Below, in pieces: positions 38,489 through 52,781 of a DNA stretch of 64,000 nucleotides; position 1 is the stretch's first letter, and each line of letters starts with the position of its first letter. The translations under genes were made by a program, and so were the position numbers. Below the pieces are notes generated by a model, which saw nothing but the letters and a program-made list of their open reading frames with translations, searched no databases and was not told the DNA's origin. Source of the DNA: Albugo candida (Eukaryota); NCBI GenBank assembly GCA_040437565.1, contig JBDOQK010000037.1, positions 1 to 64,000 of the forward strand. Direction: 5' to 3'.

Positions 38489-39037
38489 TGTTATGTGTAA
38501 CTTTTACAGACAATAGATAACGTATTCAGCGCCACTAGCCGATAAAAGCTCTGAATTCACGCACTTGACGTTTGCTGGAAACTAGGTAAGAGATCCCGAG
38601 AAATAGTCGAAAGGGATCTGCTTGTAGGAAGCATAAAGATAGCAGTCTGATAGATACAATTATATTATATCGAGGTCACTTGCGATGCGTCTCCCAATAC
38701 ACATAAAAATTCACACGGAGCGTTACATGTACAAAAGATACGACTTCAGCTAATACATATCTCATTTATATTATACAGATCTCTCTAGATCTGTTCGTCA
38801 TTAATCAAAGGTGTCTATATTACTAGAATGTTTGATTATCTCTGCTATATTACACAATAAATAAGAGTTTCCCGGAAATACCTTGTCCGAGCTGATATGT
38901 GTCTATTTCTTGCTCTTGGCAGTCTTTTATTGTGGCGACCTCACTCCATCACAATGCAAGGCTGTTCCTACCTCGTAAACGATGTAATCCAGAGGTACAG
39001 TGCTCTACAAATTCGCAACCGCCACATTACGGTAACA
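38489..39037 (+). repeat. Putative 3' LTR of the Gypsy remnant
   Basis: Starts TGTTA just after the PPT-like tract and ends TAACA (terminal inverted repeat); non-coding; no paired LTR seen. Confidence 0.35.
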
Positions 39038-39209
39038 TGGCTACCAAATAGTACTAAATAATACTAGGATCCGCGGAGTTGCACTTGCACTGCTACATGC
39101 CGGTACCGACCGGTGCCGACTGTCTATCATGAGAAAGCATGCATAACATTGAGACAAGAAGATTTCGTTGATTAAATTAGAAAAAAGTTTTATTAATTAG
39201 AAAAGAAAA

Positions 39210-39899
39210 TTAGCTGTTCCTACTTCCTACATTGATTGTTTGTTGGCTGCTTTTAAGCAATTGTCTGATCTGACGCTGCAAGTGCTCAATCGTTTTACGT
39301 AATTCTTCCACTTTGTGATGTAGTTCATCATTTTCGAGTCTTAGTGCTCTGTTAAGCTTTTTATAAAAGTTTGGTGAGCTGTCACCATCAATTTCGGTAT
39401 CAGGACCCTTTGTAGCCATAAGACTGCTAGTTGAGACTTGTTTTAATTGCTGTCGGTATTCACCGAGTAGCCGCACTGCATGTTGATGTTCGGTTTGAAC
39501 TTGTTTTAGGCTAACTGTTCGAGCCTCCAGTTCTGCTACAGTCGTTTTGAGCTGCACGGCAAGCTTTTCGATGCAATTTTTTTGAGCAGCCGCCTCAGCT
39601 TCGTGCTGTTCAAGTCGCACTGTTTGCGCTTCATTCATTTTTGCAAGCTCGACGAGCGCGTCATTTTGACGAGTAAAGGCTGACTCAGTTTGAGCCTTCG
39701 AAGCCCTGAGATGACCAATCTCTCGTCTGAGCGACTCGTTTTCTTCGCGGAGTCTTTGGAGCTCAGTTTTCGTGGTCGCTGGAGTTGCCGCCCGGGTGCG
39801 CTGATGTGGCTGCTCCTGAATTGGAACATAGCCACCACCAACGCGGCGCATGTTGGCGGGTGTTAGTCGCGAGTTTCTTGTCGTTTGTCGGGTGTTCAT
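39210..39899 (-). CDS. Hypothetical coiled-coil protein
   Basis: About 229-aa ORF from MNTRQTT with long heptad-rich segments. Confidence 0.7.
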   Translation of the reverse strand: MNTRQTTRNSRLTPANMRRVGGGYVPIQEQPHQRTRAATPATTKTELQRLREENESLRREIGHLRASKAQTESAFTRQNDALVELAKMNEAQTVRLEQHEAEAAAQKNCIEKLAVQLKTTVAELEARTVSLKQVQTEHQHAVRLLGEYRQQLKQVSTSSLMATKGPDTEIDGDSSPNFYKKLNRALRLENDELHHKVEELRKTIEHLQRQIRQLLKSSQQTINVGSRNS

Positions 39900-41320
39900 C
39901 GTAAGTTCAATAATGATAATGAACGCAGTCCGATGATTGAGCATAGAAGACGAAAGAATACGACAGAAGAAAAAGAACAGCATTATATTGAGTCTCTTAG
40001 CAAAGAATTCGGCTTCTCCGTTTCCTATAGGAGTTTCTAGTATCGTGATGAGGCCCTTGAAATGAGAATTCGACGGATATAAATCAGATGGGAATTGACC
40101 AATTCAAATTTTAGTTGATGTTATGTGACCAGACAATGGAATCACTATGAAGGAATCGTTTATTAAATTGTAAGAACTGGAATATATTGAAAATGTTAAT
40201 TTAGTGGTATCTTTATTGCGTTCATTTATCTGACAATACTAGATCAACTGCGTTCGACAAGATTTAAGACAGTCCTACGTGTATGACGTGAAGTATCGTA
40301 TGCAATTCCACCCGCTTTGCGACATTCTTGAAGCGCTTTATTTTCGATGGACGCAAGCATCCGTGAGTGATGGATCGGTTTTATTTCGCGTTACAACAAA
40401 ACGCGCGTTGACGACCAGAGAAGCTCTTGACACAAGTTGACGGCGCATTTCCGGCTCCAGCTACTAACGTCCACACCCTTTGCATACACTACGCGCCATT
40501 AAAAAAAATCTCAGGCTGTCGCGCAACATGAAATCATCCTGATGCATTCTCCGGTGCATGTTGTGAATAGGTAAGGTATCCTGATCAAGCGCGACAGACG
40601 TCCGGACGCGCACTTATCAGCATGATACTGAAGTACAGATAGCGTCTTGGCTCCTCGAGTAGATTTGTCTCGCTTCGTAATGAATTTGATGTATCCGTTG
40701 CTTTCGAGCCATTTTAATTGAATATATAATCTATCAATTGATGATGATGTGTCAACTGGAATGATGTAACAGCGTGCTCGTACCACCCTTTTCCATCCCC
40801 GCTCATGGTCATAGACATGGTTAAGTGCGCTTCCAGGAGCATGCGAACGACATAATCAGAAAAGAAAAAGTTGCTTTTCAAATGTCTCTCATCTGTAAGG
40901 AAATGGTAGCGAGTATAATAGTGAGTATTGACAAAGAGTACCGTAGATTGCTTAAATAAAGATTAGCGACATCGAAACCTTGAATCTCAATTATCCCACA
41001 TTTTTACTTGCCTTACTCCTATCTTTCCAATTGCTTATACTATTGGGGTAACAAAAACACAAAAAGGTCCCACAAGCACCCAATTCGTCGATTGAAATAG
41101 TACTTCAGATATTTGCGCATAAATGGCAACTTCTAAGCTGACTGATGACGACACTCTGTCCTCCATTTTATCTCCATTACAGACATTCTCTTTCAATTAA
41201 TTACGTACAAACATAATGTAGGATCACCAAATCGCAGCGTCATCAAATGACTTTTGCCAGCACATTCAGAAAATTGAAGCCACAAAGTTCAATCAGCAAT
41301 ATACTTTTGAACGTAATCGA

Positions 41321-43025
41321 ATGGAACCCTTTGTAAAGCGTTCAGTTGACGTGTGTAATGCTTACAGCAATACCACTACCTCAGCGAAAAGCGCGAATGA
41401 CATCGCACGGTTTCGTTTCCTCTGGACACATATGGACGGAAGGGTAGGGTTATGCAGATTGGTTTCCAGTCGACTGCTGCATGTCTCACTCGAAACTGAA
41501 CAGCACAGCCAACACACTGAAGTGAATGTCCTTCGCTTAACATCACTTTTTAATTGGCAAGCAATCTGACATGACTCTTAATTTGTTGTTCGCGTGCGGA
41601 AATGCACGACATTCCACTGGCGATCACATCCCCAACAGAAAATCAAGACGACGATTTGAATATCTCCGGAGTAAGTGGAGTCATATAGATTCGCACAAAG
41701 CAAGGAAGAGCGTACGCTACAGTAAAGCTGCATCAGAAGATTTGACAGTATCGGATGATTTTGACTTCGAACGGACTTCAATTGCAGGTCGTAAACATGG
41801 GTTTCATCGTACCTACACTCAGGAGGTTATGATCAAAACAATCCAAGTTGATTGGATTAATATCTTTGTCAGTCGCATTTTGCGCTTAGTTATTGGTAGA
41901 AAGCCTTATTTGGAATATCTACGAATCGAAGGTCAAGTTCGACAGCGTCAATACATCGGCTTGGATACGACTATGAAGCGTTTGGAGAAGAACAAATTAC
42001 TGGTCGAATTTAAATCGAGCGGAAAAGACGTCGTAGCGTATAACCCAGCGGAAAATAACGATGAACGTGATTACATAAAATATTGCGACGTGCATCATCG
42101 CGTTGCTGATCCGCGATGGGTTTTGAAATTCAACAGCAAAGAAGAACGTGATTGTTGGGCTCGGAAGATACAAGATGCTTTGGATTTATATGTATGGCTA
42201 CGAAGATACAAACTGGGTCGTTTGATTGCTCAGTCTGATGGGACAACAGTCGTGGAATGTTTTTCACAAGCGGAGAAAGCAGATGGAAGAAGCAAATTGC
42301 TTTCTGTGATGAAGTTGATCAAGGTTGACTCGATGCAGCAGATCAGGAGAGTGAAAGAAGAGATAGCAATCCATCAAATGATTTCGAATCCAGCGAAGCA
42401 ACACAACAATGTACTTAGAATGTTTGACTGGCATCGTCAAGATGGACACGGGTACCTAATATTAGAGCATTGCAATGGTGGAGATTTGCACGATCTGATT
42501 TTAGAGAATGGAAAGCTTGACGAAACAACAGCAAAAACGATTTTTAAGCAACTTCTGATTGCCATTCAGTATTTGCATGGACGAGGTATTATACATATGG
42601 ACGTGAAACCAGAAAACATTCTCATACAGAACCATTCGAATGGAACAATTGGTGTAAAGTTGGGCGATTTTGGTGCGGCTAGGAGGATCGACTCGAGTTG
42701 TAATGTGAGCTCACTTAGCTGTACCATTGGCTTTGCGGCACCGGAGATTCTGGTTGGAGGTTTTGTCACCCCTGCTGCTGACGTATTTAGTGCTGGTGTC
42801 GTTCTCTACTCGATGCTCGCTGGATACCGACCTTTTCTTGCGAACAATGATGAAGAGGCTCGAAGAGATTGTATTGAAGGTAAATACGATTTCGAGGGTT
42901 TTGCATGGCGAAATGTCAGCGATTCAGCAAAAGATCTCATTCGAAAAATGCTACACACATCTTTCAAAGATCGTATTACAATCGATAGCATCCTATGCGA
43001 TTATTCGTGGACGAAGAACAGCTAA
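41321..43025 (+). CDS. CAMK-family kinase with N-terminal PH-like region
   Basis: WVLKFNSKEERDCWARKIQDA (PH C-terminal helix), HMDVKPENIL, DFG, TIGFAAPE, WRNVSDSAKDLIRKML; 5' exon structure and true 3' end uncertain. Confidence 0.85.
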
Positions 43026-43677
43026 ATCGTTTGGGGATAGAACAAGTGTGCCAAAGACCGGTTTATCGCAAATTTCGGGCACATTGGATAAAAATTCAAA
43101 ATCAAAACGACTACGATCGTGCAGGTGTGGTGATTCACACAGGTGCAAAAATTTGCTGATATATCTTCCCAGCCTCAAGATCTTCAAGCTCGATTGATTT
43201 GGAAACGCCGTCAATCGAAGTCTGAACCACTTCAACTTCTGACTTCCCGATTCGAGCCCGGCGCTATGCTCTCCAGTGAATCCGCGCGGCTGTTGTCCGT
43301 ACACTTTGTAAACTCCCTCGACAGCGATTCTCCAATTGGACAGACATGCTAGCACGCAAGCCTGTGCCTTATTGGCTACCTTACTCCCTCGACGAATGCT
43401 GATGGAATTACATAGCTACGTATCTACCATGTATCTCGATTGAAAGAGCATTGGTCAAGCTCATTTCAAATTGTTATAGCGTTGGATCGCTGTTTGCTTT
43501 CGAAACACAAACAAAGACAGTACAATGGAAGCGAATCTTGACCAGCAAATACATATGAATTGCTGTAATAGTTGTGGTCATCGATCACTTGTGAGCAGGC
43601 GCACAAACTAACCAAAATGCTGTACATTTGAGAAATGCTGAACGTTACATTTAACATTCAATCCTGATAGAGATCAA

Positions 43678-46600
43678 TCAATGATATTTGTACTGAAAAA
43701 TTGAAAAATCAGAGCCCCCGATAGTGAGCAAGGTAGCGTCATCGCACAGAAAAATGATGCCCGTTACATCGGAGTAATGACCTATCAGTGTATCCCGATA
43801 GTGGTCTAATCCAAGCAGATGAACCGAGCAGTCTTCCAAACACATCGCGAGCAATTGGCGTTCTTTGTTATAACAAAGTGAGACAATCGAGTTGCCAATA
43901 TCGATTTCAGGTAACGCTGGGTGTTTCGGCTCCTGTAACGATAGAAACTCATACGCATTGCATCTGAACGATCGGATTAATTCTCGTGTCGCCATGTTCC
44001 ATTCAAAAAAGACGTTCGATACATTCGAGAGACTTCGCAGTAATAAACCTTGGTTTGTATCCGTAAAATGGAGATGTGTCAGAATGCAGGCTGAATGATA
44101 CAACTGGCCACGTGTACTATAAGTAATTCCATCAAAAAGATATATCACTCCTTCTGTATTTCCAACTGCCAATAAATCACCGGAATCAGAATACTGCATT
44201 GTCGAAATGGGTTTTCTACCCGCAATTTTTTCATGTTTCATTTGACGCAATTGCTCATCGAACAAGAGTAATTCCCCTTCGGTGCAACCGACTAAAATGT
44301 ACTTGCCATCCGGAGAATACACAAGCACTTGAGGAGATTTAGAAGCGTAATCGGAATAAAGAGAATGGTGAAATAATAAGGAATGGCTCGGAGCATCCCA
44401 CACTTGGATATTTCCATCTTCACTGGTGCTTGCAAAGCGCAGCTTATTCGGATGCGATGCGATTCCTCGAAAAGTGCCCGCTTCCCGACCGGACGACATC
44501 AAATTCTCAAAGTGACCCCGAACATGGAATATAACACGACCATTAGTGCGTTCTCTTTGTTTTTGATCATTTGAGTCCAAACACAAATCGAGAATCTCAA
44601 ATATTTCTCCCTGGTTGGTGCTGATAAGTACTCGATCATTTGATGCACATATTGACTTGAATTTGCTATGTTTGTGTAGCATCAAAGCATGATCTTTTGG
44701 ATTGTTCGCTTTCTTGTTTATAATATCGTGATAGTTGAATGCTGCTGTGTATGTATCAATCTGAACTGCTCCGATTTTTTCCAATCGTTCATTCCAGACG
44801 TTCAGAACGTGATCATCACCCAAGGTATACAGCAGATTCCGGATGCGATTATGCTGCTTCCGTTCCTTTGTGACGCATACTGCACGAATTGATCCATCAT
44901 GAGCTCTGAGTCGTACATCCATACATTCTGTAGATCTCCATACATATAAACTCCCGTCACTTTGTGCTGAAATGATAACTGATGAAGAAGAGCCTTGTGT
45001 CAATGTAGTAAAATACACCGCCGCATGGACCGTGATATCCGCTTTGCATGATGGATGGGAATTTAGATTTGCCCCGATACTCGCTATGCGAATAATTCCA
45101 TTCTTCTCACGTCTTTGCTGGTGAAATAACAAATGATTCTTCCCGCAAGTAAGTAAGCGATTATCATGAGCAAAATTTAGGCCACAAATCGTTTGTTTGG
45201 ATGTCTTCACAGTGCTTATATGCCGAAGTAAAGGATGGGTGATACAACTTTCATTCCGCATCACTTCTCTGAAATCATAAGAGTTTTCTTTTCCGCTTCT
45301 TACATGCTCGGGCAAATTTGCAACCTCATATATCACCATTGTATGGTCAGGATCAAGTCCGATGGTGGCCAATCGGTCTCCCTGTGAGGAAAAGCGAGCG
45401 AGTTGGATACCCGGATACTGATCTGGAAGGATACTACTTGTGACAATCTCACATCCGGTACGGGAATCCCATAATACAAGTAGAGGGTATGCGTTGCGAT
45501 CACTTTGATTCACAATATCGCCGCTAGCAACTATGTTACCAGATGGATGCATCGCCATGGCTGTGATGGCATGACTGCCGTGCAACTGCATGAATGACTG
45601 AGATCGAACACGCGTATCATGTATCACGCCAATTGAGGCCGACGCATAAATCAAAGTAAAAGGGTCAGATCCGTAGAAAACGTCAGTCTTTCCAAGAACG
45701 CTGGAACCATACACGAATTCTAGCGACCATACATATCTGCACGGGACCGCGGAGTCGATCTTAGTTTGTAAATCAAAATGGTTCATCTTCTTAGAATGGA
45801 ATATCCGTGAAATTGATCTCAGCCGTAATACTTCAGCATCATTAGTGGAAAATAATTTTTTTTTGGCAATCGCAGGCTCTTCCTTCTTCATGTTCGGCAA
45901 GTGTTTGAACAAAGCCGCCTCTGGTTGTAGATCCGTACGCCATGCGATGATTGTGTGCCGATTCTGACAATCGACTCCCATTGTGACGAGAAAGTTATTG
46001 CTGGCATGGAATTCGACATGGGTAATGACCGCATCACAAGAATAGACATTCTCAGCGAATTTAGGCTGAGCAGACTCTGATAACTCACGATCGAATGGAA
46101 AAGAAGTAAGAAGCACTTTTCCATCTGTCCTTCCAACTGCAAAAACTTTAAGAGGACAATTCTCATCATTTTTGCCGATAGCGTCATCGTTGTCTGGGAT
46201 GTTGTCGGTGTATTGACATGCATGGGACCTAGCAAGCGAGCTTACTTGCCATTGCTTACCTCTGAAACCTTCTGCGGGCCCAGTAAATGTGTTGCTCCAT
46301 GTTTGAAACTCGTTTGGTTTTATCTCTTGATGCAGCGTATTTTGAAGAGAAAGTAGCAGCGATTTGTTTCCAAAAGAGCGAGAAGGCTCCAGTATATTCC
46401 AGCATAAGTATTCTCCTGCAAAAGAATCAGAGGAACTCATAAGCCAACTGGAATTCGATGTGAAGTCTAATGCAACTATTCTTGATTTGTGCCCAGAAAA
46501 AGCGAACATCAATTCAAACATCGGATGGTTGTTGGAATGCATTGTAGATTCTACAGGTGAGCTTGATGTGGTCCGGCTGTAGAGATACAGTCGATAGTCA

Positions 46601-49600
46601 CGACACGCAAGAGCAAGAAACTGATCACTTGGACTAAATCTCAGACATTGACACCATTTAACCAGCCTTGGTGGACATTGCTCGAGATCAGCATCGACAG
46701 TAGACAATTTATCTCCGACGCAAATGGATGATAAAACTTTCAGTGTGATAGAATCAATAAATACAACAAATCCATTCGCCATGGATGCTGCAATCACATC
46801 CCCACTCATAGACCACGCTAAACACTTGATATCAACGATCATGGAGATGACGCTTTTCCTCATAGTGTAATTAATGGAATCGAGACTTCGAATCGATATA
46901 ATCCCAGGAGATCCACTCACTGCAATCCATTCCTCCTTAGGATGCAACGCGAAGCAAATTTCGTAGTCGTGTCGAGATGACTCAGTCCACACGAGCATAG
47001 CGTCTTTCTTAGATTCAATTTGGTCCGCAGCCGTGAGAAATAATTGATGTTTGATAAAAATCACTTGGCCGGATGTCAACGAAATAAGAAGACCGTTTTG
47101 TGCTTCCGAATTGCATGAGGCATTAATCTGATCCAATTGTGTATCATTCATTGATCTCATTATGAATGGGTCGAAAGGACTTGGATTTGAAATAGCGAAG
47201 AGATTCATAGTCTTTAAATGTGCGAGGAAATGATGAAACCATACTTGAGACGTATTCCTGTTATCGGAGCATGGAACTTGGCATTTCCAGACATTTATGT
47301 CTCCATTTCTTAGTATAGAAATCACAATATCTAGTGATGCACAATAATGAAGATTGACCACATTGTGTTTCATGTCTCCATCCGCTTTATCACAAATTTC
47401 ATCAAGCTGAGAATAAGAACATGCAGCGACACCGCGATCCCAGGCAACTATTGAGCCATCTGACATTCCAGTGAGAAGAAATGGTGGCATCGATAATGCG
47501 CATAGAGCTGTATTTCGAATGGCGTATCGTCCAAAGATTCCATTTTGACACCTCAATTGCTCAGATGCGCGATCTAGCAGCCAAAATTCAATATGCTTGA
47601 AGCCTCCTGTCACGAACGAGACTGAGCCACTGGATTCTTTCATATAGGAAGAATGGAAGCTACATGCGGCTAGAAAATGCACTGCTTGCTGTCCGATACA
47701 AGTATCCACAATACATCGCTCGATGCTCCACTCGTATAGACCAAGATGGTAAGACCTATCCGACTCCTTCCACACAATTGCGATAATTCTCCCATCGTTA
47801 TCATCAAATCTGAGTGATAGAATTCTGGGAGAAGAACGGAACTTTAATGGAGCAATCTCTAAATGTGACTGAAATGCTTGCAAATCCCAAATTGTAATGC
47901 GGCAATCATATCGACTTGCAGTTGCAAAATATCGACCTCCAGGATGAACGGTGATGTTTGTGATCGTCTTTTGATGAGCTTCAGGTGTAAATAGATAACG
48001 TTCATGCTGTTTAGATTGTTCAAACATCGACGAAACTCTGACTATTGTCCCTGTGCTTGAAATGACCAAATCATCAACGCAAGCAAGACTCTGATTCCCA
48101 AAGTTAGTTGTTCCAATCGCACCAGTCAGAGCTATGTTGACATCTGGAGTATCCTGAAAGTTATTGTTTACTTCTGCGACAAATGGTGAGAGCCGTTTTT
48201 GTTGTTGTGAAACCTCTTCATTGCAATCCAATTCGCTATTGTAGGGAATTGAGTCTTCAAAATCCTCTGCTGCTTGTTCATCGATCGGCTCTGATATCAC
48301 TTTCCACTGACAAATGGTACTATCTGCGATCCCTGAGGACAGAAGAAGCCTATCAATCAGAGCAAAACTCACAAAACCCTGGATTCCCACAGAATCACTC
48401 GATTTTTCGGCTCTCAAATGAGCACTTTGTATGCGTTTTGTCATTGACTGGCGAGGTACTGTGATGTCTATTTCTTTGCGGAAGCAAGATAAAATCAGAG
48501 ACCCACGAAGGGAGTCCAAATGGACTGATAGCGTCTGATGCTTATTTACACAAGAAGCTGAAAGTACATTCGTCGAGCTTGATTTTTGGTACGGCTTATC
48601 CCGGTCATTTCCAACCCAGACAGAGTGTGTTGTCCAATCCGTATTTTTACTTGCGGATAGCTGGGATCCGCGATGACGGTGGAGATCCCAGAAACAAAAA
48701 CAAGCCGTAGACATCGTATTACCATGGAGAGATCTTAGAATACGGCCATCTCGACTGTAATCGAAAGCACACACTGGCATCAATGGAAACTCGGACGGCT
48801 GTAAAAGAGTGTATTTCTTGAGAGAAAAAGCTTTTGGGCTAAATGCATAGACGAAGATGATTCCATTTGCACCACCAACACTGATCGACTCGTCTCGAGG
48901 TGAAAACCGTATCGCCAGTAATTCCGGGCAGCATTTTATTTTCTTCCGAACACGCCATTCAGAAATGGAGAGCAAAGCAAGTGTTCCGTCCGTCCCACCG
49001 ATAGCTAAGATATCACCGCTACTGCTGAAGCTCAAAACGGAAGGGGGAGATACAAGACGAGTCTTCTTCTTGCAAACTTTCTGTCGAAGGCTCCAAAGGT
49101 ACACTTCTGATCCACCACAGGACGCAAAGTGTGATGCGTTCCAAGCAGCAGCCACATGTCTTAATGATCCATGACTCATTGCTAATTGACGAAGCGATAA
49201 CCTCGACCCAGTCTTTGCTTCACTCATACCAGATTCGCGCTCCTCGACCAGGTACATGTTGCCTCTTCGAGTTCCTATCAGAAATTGCTTTCTCGCCACA
49301 TCGTACGATAATGAGCTTATACGACAGTCGTCACGATGCACCATTTCGTCCATAGTCGATAGTATGGAATGAAAATCAATGTCATCGACATTTTCCAGTC
49401 CAGCGTTCCAAGATTTTATGTGGCCATCTTTTCCACCGGTGCAAAGAATCGTTGATCCGTAGGGTACCACACATACATTAATGCTTAGACGTATTGAATG
49501 AGCCTCCACGACCTTGATCAATTGAGACTGATGGAAATGGAACAAATTTCCAGTACAGTTACCAACGACAACATTGCGAGGGCTGATGTACGCTACTGAA

Positions 49601-51909
49601 ACGCAGATATGCAGTTCTGAGCTATTTGAAGGCCGATAAGAATTCAACCTTCCATTAGCATTTAGCTCATGAAACATGACGAATTGCTCTCCACACGTGA
49701 CAGCTTCAAATCCATCTTGACTCAGAGCGCACGCCAAGACGCGCTTTGCGACGGGTCCCGCCCGTCCACTGGAAAGGATTCGTTGATTGTTCCAGTCCCA
49801 TAACATGAGGAAGCTGCTTATACCAGAGCCAATCGCTAGTACCAGATTGTCGACAGACTTTGCAACAGGATTCATACGGGCGCTATGAGAGGCATTCATA
49901 GCCCGAATCGTGTGCCCTCCATGCTGATAGCCTTCGTTTCCGGTTGTATAAGTCGCACAGAAGGAGAGTAAGGATACGTGCCGACCCAAAGAGCCATTTC
50001 TAAAGATGGCTAAGCGCTGTAATGTGGCGACATCCCACACATGTATTTGAGATATCAATGGGCTGTGTGAGCCAGAGAGTGCTCCATCACCTGTCACGAT
50101 AATCTCCATGCTGCTGTTTGTACGCAAACATGTGATATCCTGGCGATGACCGCAGTAGTATCGTTGAGTATGGGTTCTTGGTGAGTATATAATCGCATAT
50201 TTCGAGATAAAGTACGCGACATCTCCTCCAAGAACAAAACAGCACCACTCTCGACATGCCTTTCCATTAGTTCCGTAAATCCAGTCAAGCTCCAGATTCA
50301 CATTCGGTGAAGGATTTGTACATTTTTCGCGTTGCTGAGAGGCACACGGCATGAAGGGATGAAACTTCGAGTCATATACTTCAGGTAGATGCATATCGAC
50401 ACCACCAGAGCTTTCATAAATCTCATGCTCAATATCAGAATCGGTGTCCTCTGTTTTCGAAAAGTCCTTTTGACTAGAATCGATGGAGATTTCACCCACC
50501 ATGCTCAAGCGTTCGATCGACAACATCAAAGATCGATGAGCACGAGCCCAGAGAATGAATTCTTCAGGCTGTAGCATCTTATTTTGATCTCGATCGAAAT
50601 ANNNNNNNNNNNNNNNNNNNNNNNNNNNNNNNNNNNNNNNNNNNNNNNNNNNNNNNNNNNNNNNNNNNNNNNNNNNNNNNNNNNNNNNNNNNNNNNNNNN
50701 NGCACAGAAGGAGAGTAAGGATACGTGCCGACCCAAAGAGCCATTTCTAAAGATGGCTAAGCGCTGTAATGTGGCGACATCCCACACATGTATTTGAGAT
50801 ATCAATGGGCTGTGTGAGCCAGAGAGTGCTCCATCACCTGTCACGATAATCTCCATGCTGCTGTTTGTACGCAAACATGTGATATCCTGGCGATGACCGC
50901 AGTAGTATCGTTGAGTATGGGTTCTTGGTGAGTATATAATCGCATATTTCGAGATAAAGTACGCGACATCTCCTCCAAGAACAAAACAGCACCACTCTCG
51001 ACATGCCTTTCCATTAGTTCCGTAAATCCAGTCAAGCTCCAGATTCACATTCGGTGAAGGATTTGTACATTTTTCGCGTTGCTGAGAGGCACACGGCATG
51101 AAGGGATGAAACTTCGAGTCATATACTTCAGGTAGATGCATATCGACACCACCAGAGCTTTCATAAATCTCATGCTCAATATCAGAATCGGTGTCCTCTG
51201 TTTTCGAAAAGTCCTTTTGACTAGAATCGATGGAGATTTCACCCACCATGCTCAAGCGTTCGATCGACAACATCAAAGATCGATGAGCACGAGCCCAGAG
51301 AATGAATTCTTCAGGCTGTAGCATCTTATTTTGATCTCGATCGAAATACGCGAAAGCGTCATTTGCCAATTGTATTGGGCTCAATGGCTCCGGCGCTGAA
51401 TTGTTCATATTCACAAACGATTGAATACCCGAACTAACCGATGACAGCAGTAAGACGACTTCTGCAAGTGTCAATGAGCCGTTCCGATTAAAGTCGAAAA
51501 AGCTGAATGCGACTAGATTCATGACACAATGAGTAAAGAAGCGTACACATAGGAAGCTTACAATGTGCTTTCTCCTCAAAAGATGCTCGATTTACACAAG
51601 TGAGAGCCGCAATAAATTCCAGCCCGTCAATGCGATCGTCATGATTTCGATCTAGAAACTCAAATACCTCGTCGGATGTGACCTTTTCTGAGCCTTTTGT
51701 GAGCAGCAGATAACGAAATTGAGTTTTCGTGATCGCGAAACCCGGCATTGATCTGAAAATCTCGACAAATTGCGTAATATCAGCCAGAGACCCTGCATGC
51801 CCATTAACGCCAACTTTGCTCACAAGACGATAGACTCACATGTTGCAAAATCTCGGGTTTCTCGGCTCAAAAAAGCAGCCTCACTCGAGTCGGAAGCGCC
51901 TGCGCCCAT
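43678..51909 (-). CDS. N-myristoylated EF-hand plus HELP/WD40 (EML-like) protein
   Basis: Start MGAGAS; EF-hands DRNHDDRIDGLE, DFNRNGSLTLAE, DRDQNKMLQPEE; HELP-like LELDWIYG and LEFVYG motifs; many WD40 repeats; two 5' introns; includes a 747-nt assembly artefact. Confidence 0.85.
49955..51348. other. 100-N gap (50602-50701) flanked by a 647-bp direct duplication
   Basis: 49955-50601 = 50702-51348; 747 nt is a multiple of 3, so the false repeat stays in frame. Confidence 0.9.
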
Positions 51910-51985
51910 GACTGAAGAGTCGGTGAAGGAAGAAGATAAAAGATCGAATGGAAAGCGCTGATGTATTATTTATGGGTTTTGTATC

Positions 51986-52663
51986 CTATTCTTCCTCTTT
52001 TACGCCCTTCTGGCAAACATAAATGTAATGCACCGAATTTGCGTCCGCTTCCGTCACTGGAACAGCACTTATTGTTGGCTTTGGCACTGTGTGGACCGTG
52101 ACCTTCCAACCATTTTCCTTGTTTTCTAAATAGGTCAGACGATTGTCGGGTATTCCGTAAGAAATGACAAAATAAACTCCGTCTGGCTTCAACACGCGAT
52201 GGATTTCTTGACACATTTTGGAGATGTTGGCTGTGGATCCCTCTCCACACAAAATGGAGTCCATAGTTCCTTTATCAACGACTGCGTCGTAACTCTCGTC
52301 AGAGAATTCCAAACTGCAAATATCCATTTTCAGCCACTGTAAGCTTTCCGCACGATCTTCGTATTTTTTGCTCATTTGTTCCGTCACGACAGACGAAATA
52401 TCAATATTTACGATTTTTTGATAACCATCATTCACCATCTCCTCGGATAATCTCGAATTACCTGCACCAGCCATGAGAATAGCGTCCGTTTTCTTCACAT
52501 ATTGCGTCAAGAGATCTTTAAGACCTCCATACCGCTGGTACCAGTCGAATTGTTCTGCGTCTCTACAAAGCGAAGAAAATTAAGATTGGATGGTGCTCGC
52601 GGTATTGACAACATACTTTTCATAACGTTCATCCCAGTACGAAGCTTTCCCGTATTGTGCCAT
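51986..52663 (-). CDS. SAM-dependent protein methyltransferase, EEF1AKMT4/METTL13-like (2 exons)
   Basis: MAQYGKASYWDERY...QFDWYQR, ILMAGAGNSRLSEEM, DKGTMDSILCG, RVLKPDGVYFVISYG. Confidence 0.9.
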
Positions 52664-52781
52664 TTCTTTCCTCACAAATTGATGCGGTTGGTTGCCTCTA
52701 GGGTCGAGTGAAAGATTTCAAGGAAAGACGTTCTGAGGCGTTCTGGAACTTCTACACGGTAACTACCGGTACTTTAGCGGT

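Noticed and set aside
49955..51348. Apparent internal tandem duplication of EF-hand/HELP region in the 2633-aa ORF
   Set aside because: Copies abut a 100-N gap, the same pattern as the other four gaps; assembly artefact.
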